Positions 13,930 through 25,843 are shown, counted from the first letter of the stretch. The stretch is DNA of 64,000 nt from Octopus sinensis (GCF_006345805.1 NC_042998.1:202616001-202680000); one strand, 5' to 3'. Numbers and translations are program-made. The notes: generated from the sequence alone by a model not told the origin.

Positions 13930-15420
13930 GAGAATGCTGTTAGTGAGCTTATCGTTTCTAACCTGTTTCGGGGTTGGAAATACAACTTCACGGAGCGCTC
14001 CTGTATTCTCATTACTTGCGGCGTCAAACGACAGGTCCATATCTCGTAATTTCTTAGAGTGAATTATACAGTATTAATTGTCTTCTTCAAAGGTAAAATC
14101 CATTACAAATGACTTACGACTATGGAGAAAAAAGATGAAGAAAAAAGATTCTTAGATGCTGATATCGGAGATGAATATTAGCTTCTGCTGGCATCCTACT
14201 TGTTGATATTGTTGCGACGTTGCTACAGATATTCATTACATTTTATGTCTGTTTTATTTTGCTTTTTTACCACCCTGAAGGGACAAATTAAAAAGTAATG
14301 ATGTAATCTGAAGATAAATCTGATCTGTCAAAATGGATTCAGTTATGAGATGAAAAATTCCATTCTACATGAGAGGAAATAACATTTCTGATGTTTGCTT
14401 CCAGATTTGAAATGATAGAACCGGAGATAACTTTTATTTTGCTTGAAACAGGTTATCCTTTATCTTTACTCTGGATTTCACAAATTAGACAAATAACTGA
14501 TATTATGTCGGTAATTATATTCAAAGTCTTTAACAAACTTCACACAAATCCATTCTATGGAAGGCTCAAGTAACTACACCAGAGAGAAGGATAAATAACA
14601 TAGACAACAAAATATGTTGTTGGAATTATGAAGCCTTAAGTTCTATTTATGTCGGAAACAATGCTTTACAAATCGAATTAAATGGTATGTACATGATTTT
14701 TTGATAGATATCGTATTGTAATCGTTTTTGTTCTACGTATTATGCTTCCTCGATCAGAAAGATAATTAAAGCATAGTTCTGTTTTAAGAGAAATCTCTTG
14801 ATGTCTAATAAAAGATAAATAAACGATAATGGTCGAGGTTATTATTGAATTTCTGTTGCTCTTGCAACGTTTGAAAAACGGTAAACAATAGTCTCCAATG
14901 TGGAGTTATCAATAGTTAATAGGAGTCGTGGTTTGTTCCCTGATTTAATTTGATGCAATCCAACAGCAGCAATATAAGGAATCCCTATGGAGTTATAATC
15001 TCCCTTGGTTTTATCCTCATCTGTTAATAGCACGCATCAGAATTCCTAAATGTTAAACTGATTGCGGGATACTTTTATATTCAGTTTTGCTTTTGAACCA
15101 TTAAATTAAAATGGAGCGTTGGTACTGTGATATTCTCAATAGAAATAGGAAGACACCAGACTCTCTGCAAATTCCCCAATGCTGTCATCTTAAAAATTTC
15201 TACATTAATGAGTGGGGAATGGTTTTAGTACCAGAAGCCAACTGTAAGTGTGCAAAAGCCTGTGGGGAACAACCTGAGTTGAACAAAATAATGAATGCTT
15301 AATTTTACAAATTAATAGTAATCGTTTTGAACTTCCAGCTTGAAATTGCTTCTTTTTGGGTGCTTTGTTTTTTTTCAGATAGGGTTTTTGAGTCTTTGAC
15401 AACAGATGGCTTCAAATTTG
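13930..15420 (-). pseudogene. Possible decayed coding sequence of unknown identity
   Basis: Non-repetitive 1.5 kb with long stop-poor minus-strand frames (e.g. VLLTDEDKTKGDYNSIGIPYIAAVG..; EIQSKDKG*PVSSKIKVI); no confident family assignment. Confidence 0.2.
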
Positions 15421-15803
15421 AAATCGGGCGAAATTATACACATTGATACAGAATAACAGACCACTGGACTGGCTTAAACTATATATATATAAAACATAAA
15501 CATACATAAACACACACACACCCATAATATATATATGTTTTGTTGGATTTTCTGCTGCTTTAAATAAAGTATATCTATATATATATAATAATAAATCTCT
15601 GAGCGAGGTATAAACAGTAACTGCTCTATAATATAAGCGGGATCAGCCATCTGAATGTGGCTAGGGACAGGGCGGGGTGGTGGGGGTGTTACTGATGCAT
15701 CTAGCCCCAGGCGACTATCGACGTCACCAGAAGAGCCGACACCATCACGGTGTCCTTGCTAGCCTGCAAAGGGAGATCAGCCTCACCGAAGATACGGATA
15801 CTA

Positions 15804-15846
15804 CACACGGACCGGTTTCGAGGTATTTGCCTCTTGTCAGTGCGTG
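15804..15846 (-). ncRNA. Minimal type I hammerhead ribozyme fold, copy 1 (A8 variant)
   Basis: CACGCA CUGACAA GAGG-CAAAUA-CCUC GAAA CCGGU C CGUGUG: stem II 4 bp, palindromic stem III ACCGGU, GUC site; stem I has a C-A mismatch at its first pair. Confidence 0.7.
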
Positions 15847-16163
15847 GCAAGCACCGTTCTTCGCTGAGGGACTTCTTGTACAGGCCAGATATATAGAGAT
15901 TTTCACAGTAACCACAGTCACTGGCGTAGAATATCCGTTCGATAACAATAATAAATCTCTGAGCTAGGTATAAACAGTAACTGCTCTATAATATAAGCGG
16001 GATTAGCCATCTCAATGTGGCTAGGGACAGGGCGGGGTGGTGGGGGTGTTACTGATGCATTTAGCCCCAGGCGTCTATCGACGTCACCAGAAGAGCCGAC
16101 ACCATCACGGTGTCCTTGCTAGCCTGCAAAGGGAGATCAGCCTCACCGAAGATACGGATGCTA

Positions 16164-16206
16164 CACACGGACCGGTTTCGAGGTATTTGCCTCTTGTCAG
16201 CGCATG
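16164..16206 (-). ncRNA. Minimal type I hammerhead ribozyme fold, copy 2 (A8 variant)
   Basis: CAUGCG CUGACAA GAGG-CAAAUA-CCUC GAAA CCGGU C CGUGUG: 6-bp stem I fully paired (two G-U wobbles). Confidence 0.75.
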
Positions 16207-16468
16207 GCAAGCACCGTTCATCGCTAAGGGACTTCCTGTACAGGCCAGATATTATATAGATTTTCACAGTAACCACAGTCACTGGCGTAGAAAATCCGTT
16301 CGATAACAATAATAAATCTCTGAGCGAGGTATAAACAGTAACTGCTCTATAATATAAGCGAGATCAGCCATCTGAATGTGGCTAGGGACAGGGCGGGGTG
16401 GTGGGGGTGTTACTGATGCATTTAGCCCCAGGCGACTATCGACGACACCAGAAGAGCCGAAACCATCA

Positions 16469-19400
16469 TTATAGTCGTCGTTATAGTCGTTGATATAGTC
16501 GTCGTTATAGTCGTTGATATAGTCGTTATTATAGTCGTCGTTATAGTCGTCGTTAGAGTCGTCGTTATAGTCATCGTTATAGTCGTCGTTATAGTCGTCA
16601 ATTTAGTCGTCGTTATAGTCGTCGTTATAGTCGTCGTTATAGTCGTCGTTATAGTCGTTGATATAGTCGTCGTTATAGTCGTCGTTATAGTCGTCGTTAT
16701 AGTCGTTGATATAGTCGTCGTTATAGTCGTCGTTACAGTCGTTGATATAGTCGTCGTTATAGTCGTCGTTATAGTCGTCGTTATGGTCGTCGTTATAGTC
16801 GTTGATATAGTCGTCGTTCTAGTCGTCCTTATAGTCGTTGATATAGTCGTCGTTATAGTCGTCGTTATAGTCGTCGTTGTAGTCGTCGTTATAGTCGTTG
16901 ATATAGTCGTCGTTCTAGTCGTCGTTATAGTCGTTGATATAGTCGTCGTTATAGTCGTCGTTATAGTCGTCGTTCTAGTCGCCGTTATAGTCGTCGTTAT
17001 AGTCGTTGATATAGTCGTTGTTATAGTCGTCGTTATAGTCGTCGTTATAGTCGTCGTTATAGTCGTCGTTATAGTCGTTGATATAGTCGTCGTTATAGTC
17101 GTTGATATAGTCGTTATTATAGTCGTCGTTCTAGTCGTCGTTAAAATCGTTGATATAATCGTCGTTATACTCGTTGATATAGTCGTTACTATAGTCGTCG
17201 TTATAGTCGTCGTTATAGTCGTCGTTATAGTCGTCGTTATAGTCGTCGTTATAGTCGTCAATTTAGTCGTCGTTATAGTCGTCGTTATATTCGAAATTAT
17301 AGTCGTTGATATAATCGTCGTTATAGTCGTCGTTATAGTCGTTGATATAGTCGTCGTTATATTCGTTGATATAGTCGTTATTATGGTCGTCGTTATAGTC
17401 GTCGTTATAGTCGTCGTTATAGTCGTTGATATGGTTGTCGTTATAGTCGTCGTTATAGTCGTCGTTAGAGTCGTCGTTATAGTCGTCGTTATAGTCGTCG
17501 TTATAGTCGTTGATATAGTCGTCGTTATAGTCGTCGTTATAGTCGTCGTTATAGTCGTCGTTATAGTCGTTGATATAGTCGACGTTATAGTCGTCGTTAT
17601 AGTCGTCGTTATAGTCGTCGTTATAGTCGTCGTTATAGTCGTCGTTATAGTCGTTGATATAGTCGTCGTTATAGTCGTCGTTATAGTCGTCAATTAGTCG
17701 TCGTTATAGTCGTCGTTATAGTCGTTGATATAATCGTCGTTATAGTCGTCGTTATAGTCGTCAATTTAGTCGTCGTTATAGTCGTCGTTATAGTCGTCGT
17801 TATAGTCGTCGTTATAGTCGTTGATATAGTCATCGTTATAGTCGTTGATATAGTCGTTATTATAGTCGCCGTTCTAGTCGTCGTTAAAATCGTTGATATA
17901 ATCGTCGTTATACTCGTTGATATAGTCGTTACTATAGTCGTCGTTATAGTCGTCGTTATAGTCGTCGTTATAGTCATCGTTATAGTCGTCGTTATAGTTG
18001 TCGTTGTAGTAATCGTTATAATCGTCGTTATACTCGTCGTTATAGTCGTCGGTATTTTCGTCGTTATAGTCGTTGTTATAGTCGTTGATATAGTTGTCGT
18101 TATAGTCATCGTTATAATCGTCGTTATAGTCATCGTTATAATCGTCGTTATACTCGTCGTTATAGTCGTCGTTATAGTCGTCGTTATAGTCGTTGTTATA
18201 ATCGTTGATATAGTCTTTGTTATTTTCGTCGTTATAGTCGTCGTTATATTCGTCGTTATAGTCGTCGTTATAGTCATCGTTATAGTCTTCGTTATAGTCG
18301 TCGTTGTAGTAATCGTTATAATCGTCGTTATACTCGTCGTTATAGTCGTCGTTATAGTCGTCGTTATAGTCGTTGTTATAGTCGTTGTTATAGTCGTTGT
18401 TATAGTCGTCGTTGTAGTAATCGTTATAATCCTCGTTATACTCGTCGTTATAGTCGTCGTTATAGTCATCGTTATAGTCGTCGTTATAGTCATCGTTATA
18501 GTCGTCGTTATAGTCGTCGTTGTAGTAATCGTTATAATCGTCGTTATACTCGTCGTTATAGTCGTTGATATAGTCGTTATTATAGTCGTCGTTATAGTCG
18601 TCGTTATAGTCGTCGTTATAGTCGTCGTTATAGTCGTCGTTATGGTCGTCGTTATAGTCGTTGATATAGTCGTCGTTCTAGTCGTCCTTATAGTCGTTGA
18701 TATAGTCGTCGTTATAGTCGTCGTTATAGTCGTCGTTGTAGTCGTCGTTATAGTCGTTGATATAGTCGTCGTTCTAGTCGTCGTTATAGTCGTTGATATA
18801 GTCGTCGTTATAGTCGTCGTTATAGTCGTCGTTCTAGTCGCCGTTATAGTCGTCGTTATAGTCGTTGTAGATATAGTTGTTGTATAGTCGTCGTATAGTC
18901 GTCGTTATAGTCGTCGTTATAGTCGTCGTTATAGTCGTTGATATAGTCGTCGTTATAGTCGTTGATATAGTCGTTATTATAGTCGTCGTTCTAGTCGTCG
19001 TAAAATCGTTGATATAATCGTCGTTATACTCTCGTTGATATAGTCGTTACTATAGTCGTCGTTATAGTCGTCGTTATAGTCGTCGTTATAGTCGTCGTTA
19101 TAGTCGTCGTTATAGTCGTCAATTTAGTCGTCGTTATAGTCGTCGTTATATTCGAAATTATAGTCGTTGATATAATCGTCGTTATAGTCGTCGTTATAGT
19201 CGTTGATATAGTCGTCGTTATATTCGTTGATATAGTCGTTATTATGGTCGTCGTTATAGTCGTCGTTATAGTCGTTTTATACGTTGATATGGTTGTCGTT
19301 ATAGTCGTCGTTATAGTCGTCGTTAGAGTCGTCGTTATAGTCGTCGTTATAGTCGTCGTTATAGTCGTTGATATAGTCGTCGTTATAGTCGTCGTTATAG

Positions 19401-21480
19401 TCGTCGTTATAGTCGTCGTTATAGTCGTTGATATAGTCGACGTTATAGTCGTCGTTATAGTCGTCGTTATAGTCGTCGTTATAGTCGTCGTTATAGTCGT
19501 CGTTATAGTCGTTGATATAGTCGTCGTTATAGTCGTCGTTATAGTCGTCAATTTAGTCGTCGTTATAGTCGTCGTTATAGTCGTGTATATAATCGTCGTT
19601 ATAGTCGTCGTTATAGTCGTCAATTTAGTCGTCGTTATAGTCGTCGTTATAGTCGTCGTTATAGTCGTCGTTATAGTCGTGATATAGTCATCGTTATAGT
19701 CGTTGATATAGTCGTTATTATAGTCGCCGTTCTAGTCGTCGTTAAAATCGTTGATATAATCGTCGTTATACTCGTTGATATAGTCGTTACTATAGTCGTC
19801 GTTATAGTCGTCGTTATAGTCGTCGTTATAGTCATCGTTATAGTCGTCGTTATAGTTGTCGTTGTAGTAATCGTTATAATCGTCGTTATACTCGTCGTTA
19901 TAGTCGTCGGTATTTTCGTCGTTATAGTCGTTGTTATAGTCGTTGTATAGTTGTCGTTATAGTCATCGTTATAATCGTCGTTATAGTCATCGTTATCGTC
20001 GTTATACTCGTCGTTATAGTCGTCGTTATAGTCGTCGTTATAGTCGTTGTTATAATCGTTGATATTCTTTGTTATTTTCGTCGTTATAGTCGTCGTTATA
20101 TTCGTCGTTATAGTCGTCGTTATAGTCATCGTTATAGTCTTCGTTATATCGTCGTTGTAGTAATCGTTATAATCGTCGTTATATGTCGTCGTTATAGTCG
20201 TTTTATGTCGTCGTTATAGTCGTTGTTATAGTCGTTGTTATAGTCGTTGTTATAGTCGTCGTTGTAGTAATCGTTATAATCCTCGTTATACTCGTCGTTA
20301 TAGTCGTCGTTATAGTCATCGTTATAGTCGTCGTTATAGTCATCGTTATAGTCGTCGTTATAGTCGTCGTTGTAGTAATCGTTATAATCGTCGTTATACT
20401 CGTCGTTATAGTCGTCGTTATAGTCGTAGTTATAGTCGTCGTTATAGTCGTTGTTATAGTCGTTGATATAGTCGTCGTTATAGTCGTCGTTATAGTCGTT
20501 GTTATAGTCGTTGATATATTCGTCGTTATAGTCATCGTTATAGTCGTCGTTATAGTCGTTGATATATTCGTCGTTATAGTCATCGTTATAGTCGTCGTTA
20601 TAGTCGTTGCTATAGTCGTCGTTATAGTCGTCGTTATAGTCGTTGTTATAGTCGTTGATATATTCGTCGTTATAGTCATCGTTATAGTCGTCGTTATAGT
20701 CGTCGTTATAGTCATCGTTATAGTCGTCGTTATAGTCGTCGTTATAGTCATCGTTATAGTCGTCGTTATAGTCGTCGTTGTAGTAATCGTTATAATCGTC
20801 GTTATACTCGTCGTTATAGTCGTCGGTATTTTCGTCGTTATAGTCGTTGTTATAGTCGTTGATATAGTCGTCGTTATAGTCATCGTTATAATCGTCGTTA
20901 TACTCGTCGTTATAGTCGTCGTTGTAGTCGTCGTTATAGTCGTTGTTATAATCGTTGATATAGTCGTCGTTATAGTCGTCGTTATAGTCGTCGTTATAGT
21001 CGTTGTTATAATCGTTGATATAGTCGTCGTTATAGTCGTCGTTATAGTCATCGTTATAGTCTTCGTTATAGTCGTTATTATAGTCATCGTTATAGTCGTT
21101 GATATAGTCGTTGATATAGTCGTTGATATAGTCGTCGTTATAGTCATCGTTATAGTCGTCGTTATAGTCATCGTTATAGTCGTTGATATAGTCGTCTTTA
21201 TAGTCGTCGTTATAGTCTTCGTTATAGTCATCGTTATATTCGTCGTTATAGTCGTCGTTATAGTCGTTATTATAGTCATCGTTATAGTCGTTGATATAGT
21301 CGTTGATATAGTCATCGTTATAATCGTCGTTATACTCGTCGTTATCCTCGTCGTTATCGTCATCGTTATCGTCGTCGTTATCATCATCGTCGTTATTATC
21401 ATCATCATCTTTATTATCATCATCATCGTTATTATCATCATCATCATTATTATCATCATCATCATTATTATTATCTTCAT
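16469..21480. repeat. 5-kb minisatellite, 12-bp unit GTCGTCGTTATA, with a higher-order duplication of about 1.86 kb
   Basis: Direct reading; in-register variants (GTCGTTGATATA, GTCATCGTTATA, CTCGTCGTTATA and others); rare variants recur at an offset of 1850-1861 bp. Confidence 0.95.
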
Positions 21481-21570
21481 TATTCAGGTCACTACCTGGA
21501 ATCGAACTTGGAATCTTGGTGTTAGTAGTCCTGAAGACTCCACTAGAGTGGACGCAAGTGCTAACATAGG
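21481..21570 (-). mobile_element. tRNA-like (B-box) repeat head leading into the satellite
   Basis: Minus strand GGACTACTAACACCAAGATTCCAAGTTCGATTCCAGGTAGTGACCTG-AATAAT..; GTTCGATTCC fits the Pol III B box. Confidence 0.55.
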
Positions 21571-21755
21571 ATTTATAAAAACATGTGACATATTATTAAA
21601 TATCTGTAAATATAAAACCATCCAGATTTCTGAGTACCTTAATTCTCCATATATAGAATGCCTGTACATCTTCTCCAAACCTTCGAATATAGATACGTGT
21701 ATACGTATATATATATATATATACACATACATACATACATACATACATACATACA

Positions 21756-21816
<61 letters not shown>

Positions 21817-21914
21817 CGGAGTAAGCACATAAATGTGAAACAATGTGGGAAAAAGAGCACTCAAATACCAGAGGTGAGTAATATGCTTTATTAAAAGCAA
21901 CATATGTATCACAA

Positions 21915-21950
21915 AAACTATTACTCGGAGTTCCCGTTCGTCGGACATTT
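21915..21950 (-). ncRNA. Collapsed hammerhead relic
   Basis: AAAAUGU CCGACGA ACGG GAA CUC-C-GAG UA AUAG: core, stem III and GUA site present; stem II internally deleted. Confidence 0.45.
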
Positions 21951-22644
21951 TTGTTTTAATAGAACAGAAATGACGATATAATCAAACGTAAAACTAGTTT
22001 AAAGTATACACCTTTGAAAATGGCTTTGTTTCATTGGTCCTTTCAAATAACGGTCTTAAGCATGCAATGAACCAAATAAATTCAGTATCAATTCCTCTTG
22101 TAAAATAGAAAACCTTAAATCGAAACACAGATTCTAAATACATCTGGTAAATAATTATATGCAAAATATAAATAAAATTAATACATTAAAATTAAAATCT
22201 AAAATTTTCACGCTGTATTATATAAATATTTTCTCAGCAGCATATACACATACTAAGCCATCTATAATACACATGTATACACTAAAATATACACAGATGC
22301 ATCTACATAATTATATACATATATAGAAATATATAGGTAAGACATAGATATTTACGCAAATACACATATGCGTATATGTACGCACACATGCACGTGCGCA
22401 AAAATCTCTTGGTGTATGCATATACAAGTCATTTATTACAGACGAAAGAAATGTGAAGTATACAGTAAGTGTAAGGAGGAAGGAAGGAAAAGGAGACGAA
22501 AGGCTAGTTCGAGAAGAGAGAAAAGGGGTGTACTGTGTAAGGACGCTATCGAGTAGGAAGAGAAAAGATATTTCGAGTAAGAAAAGAAAAGACAAGATAG
22601 TTCACGAAATATGCGTAACGAACTCAGACATAAAATAAAATTAC

Positions 22645-22706
<62 letters not shown>

Positions 22707-23283
22707 GGTATATATTTGCATACAAATACACATATATGATTCTGTATATAAATACTCAAAAATATGTATGCAAATACATGCTCACACGAATATAAGTATA
22801 TACACGAATGCATATACATCTATGTACGTATGAGCATAAATATAAACATACACGTGTACTTACACATATACAGAGGCACACATACGCATACATATGCATA
22901 CCCACAGTACACACATACACATAAAATCATCTAGATCATAATGTATATATATATACAAACAATTTTTTAAAAGTTGCTCAGTTTATATAATATTAAAATT
23001 CGGATAAAAAAGGCATTTGCAAAATGTAGTACCATATATAAATTATCTATAAATTAAACGTAACAATTAAATAGTTTTGTATAATGCAATAAAAATAAAA
23101 TAAAATAATAACAAGAAAAACAATTATGAACCTCGGAAAAGTTTAAGCTTCAAAAGGATATTTAAAACAATCGAAGGTTTTCTTAAATAATATGTCGAAA
23201 TATATATTCGATATCGTTGCGATGCGAAATAACCATACATTACATATACACGTCTTCGTCTTCTGTTTTTCTATAAATTTCAA

Positions 23284-23381
<98 letters not shown>

Positions 23382-23384
23382 GTG

Positions 23385-23424
<40 letters not shown>

Positions 23425-23432
23425 TATATATA

Positions 23433-24554
23433 TCAGGTTGAATAAAATGTAATCAACGTTTTGAATCATGAAGAATTTGTACCGGATTTTTGCAGAGTTT
23501 TGAATGTTTTTTAGACATATTTTGGCAATTGTGTGACAATGCAAACATTGACTTGCCCAAATGCATTAATAAATTAACATTGATAGTTTTTCACCGTTGC
23601 TCCACTCATCTTGACTTGTTCGTATATGTTTGTGCGTTGTTCCAAAGGTTAGTAACGTTTATTGAAATGTTGCGTGTTTAATACTTTCTTTTGCTGCTTT
23701 ACGGCAGTTTTGTTACCGCTGTTCCCCTTATTTGAAATGGGCAGCGGTGTTTGAAAAAAAAACATGACCATTTTCGAAAACTGCTTGCAACCAATTGCAA
23801 GCGATCGGAAAATCAAAAGAGATCGACAAATGGGTACCACACGATTTGAATGAAAATCAGAAGATGCGCAGATATGAAATTTGCTCGTCGCTTCTTCTCC
23901 GTCGCCAGAACCGATCCATTTCTCGACTTATGAAAAGTGGATTTTGTACAACAATGAAAAACGTTCTTCGCAGTGGCTAGACCAAAATGAAGCACCAAAT
24001 ACCTTCCTGCAACTCGTGCTCTTAAAAAAGAAGGTTATGTTGACTGGTGGTGTACTGCTGGACTCATCCACTATAACCTGGAAAGAAACATTACTGCAAA
24101 AACATATTGCCATGAAATTGCCAAAATGAACGAACAACTCCTACTCCTCCGTCCCAGAAGAGGACCAATCATTCTTCATGACACCGCTGGACCACACGTT
24201 TCACTAACGACGCTCGAGAAGTTGAGGGAGCTTTGCTACGAATTTCTTCCCCACCCAGTTTATTCCCACGGCCTTTCTCCTACCGACTACCACTTTTTCG
24301 AGTATCTCGAGGGTTTCCTGCGAGGGAAGGTGTTCAAAAACAAAACCGATGTTTGAAGTGCGTTCAAAAATTTCATAATCTCCAGAACTCCAGATTTTTA
24401 TGTTACTGGAATAAACAAACTTGTAACTCGTTGGCAAAAAATGTGTTGATTTTAATGGTACTTACTTTGATGAATAAAATGTCCGCATCGTTGAAATATT
24501 TTGTGATGAATTACATGTTTTAAAACGTTGCTGCTTACTTTTTACTAACACTGA
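23433..24554 (+). mobile_element. Decayed near full-length mariner transposon
   Basis: WVPHDL, YEKWILYNN, IILHDTAGPH and YSHGLSPTDYHFF motifs across frameshifts; imperfect TIRs at 23433 and 24554 flanked by TA. Confidence 0.88.
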
Positions 24555-24597
24555 TATATATATATATATATAGATATATATATATATAATATATATA

Positions 24598-24642
<45 letters not shown>

Positions 24643-24839
24643 CATACATACATATTATACATACATACATATATATACATACATACATATATACATACAT
24701 ACATATAATACATACATATATATATATACATACATACATATATATACATACATACATATATATACATATACATACATATATATATATACATACATACATA
24801 TATATACATGCATACATATATATACATACATACATATAT

Positions 24840-24883
<44 letters not shown>

Positions 24884-25089
24884 ATATATGCATGCATGCA
24901 GGCATGTATGTATCTCGACATACACCGCTATCTCTGACCGTGTATGCATGTATGTATATATACATGTATGTATGTGAGTGTTAGCGTGTACGTCACCATG
25001 TGTGCGTGAGCCAGTATATGTAATAACTGCTGTACTGCTACGTTTGATCAATGAACAATTAAATAAAGCATGTACTCAATTAAAATTAC

Positions 25090-25591
25090 TTCAGTAATTT
25101 TCCTCTGAAATTCAGTCTACGCTTCCAACTCACATTCTTCCGCTTCCTCTTCATAATTTCCATCCTCATTATCATCAACATCATCATGAATATCATCATA
25201 GTTATCATCAATTTCCTCCTCTTCTCAGCATCATCATCATAATCTTCATCGTCATCATCATGATCTACATCCTTCTCATCCTTGCTATCCACCTCGCCCT
25301 CTTCCCCATCAGCAGCAGCAACAACGTCGTCATCATCTTCATTGTCGTCGTCTTCGTCGTCGTCGTCGTCGTCATCATCTTCATCATCATCATCATCATT
25401 ATCATCATGAATATCATCATAGTTATCATCAATTTCCTTCTCTTCTCAGTATCATCATCATCATCTTCATCATCATCATCATGATCTGCATCCTTCTTAA
25501 CCTTGTTATCCACCACCAGCCCTCTTCATCATCATCGGCAGCAGCAACTTCGTGATCATCTTCATCGTCGTCTTCGTCGTCGTCGCCGTCG

Positions 25592-25640
<49 letters not shown>

Positions 25641-25809
25641 GGTCATCGTTATCGTCATTATCATAATCATTATCTACATCTTTCTTATCCTTCATATCCA
25701 GCTCCCCATCTTCATCATCAGCAGCAGCAACAGCATCTTAGTCACCATGATAACTACCATCATCATCATCAACATCAGCATCATTTTCATCTCCACCACC
25801 ACCACCACC

Positions 25810-25843
<34 letters not shown>

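Larger units (their letters stand above)
15587..16468 (-). mobile_element. 360-bp tandem repeat (2.45 copies), non-LTR retrozyme-like
   Basis: Units start at 15587, 15947 and 16308; about 4% divergence between copies; GC-richer than flanks; one hammerhead fold per complete unit; several internal hairpins. Confidence 0.75.

Noticed and set aside
15587-16468. CRISPR-like array (also considered for the 17-bp repeats at 53744-53811)
   Set aside because: No unique spacers, no cas genes, and a eukaryotic context.
16422-21480. Thr/Ile-rich ORFs as a mucin gene with a hydrophobic C-terminal tail
   Set aside because: ACG ACT ATA ACG cannot mutate to a stop in one step, so long ORFs are expected. The tail VSALLVSSIVAWG is simply the 360-bp repeat read through. 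No signal peptide, and the frame is broken by indels.
16469-21480. Telomeric repeat or reflectin gene
   Set aside because: The unit is not TTAGGG-like, and no frame contains the Met-rich reflectin motif.
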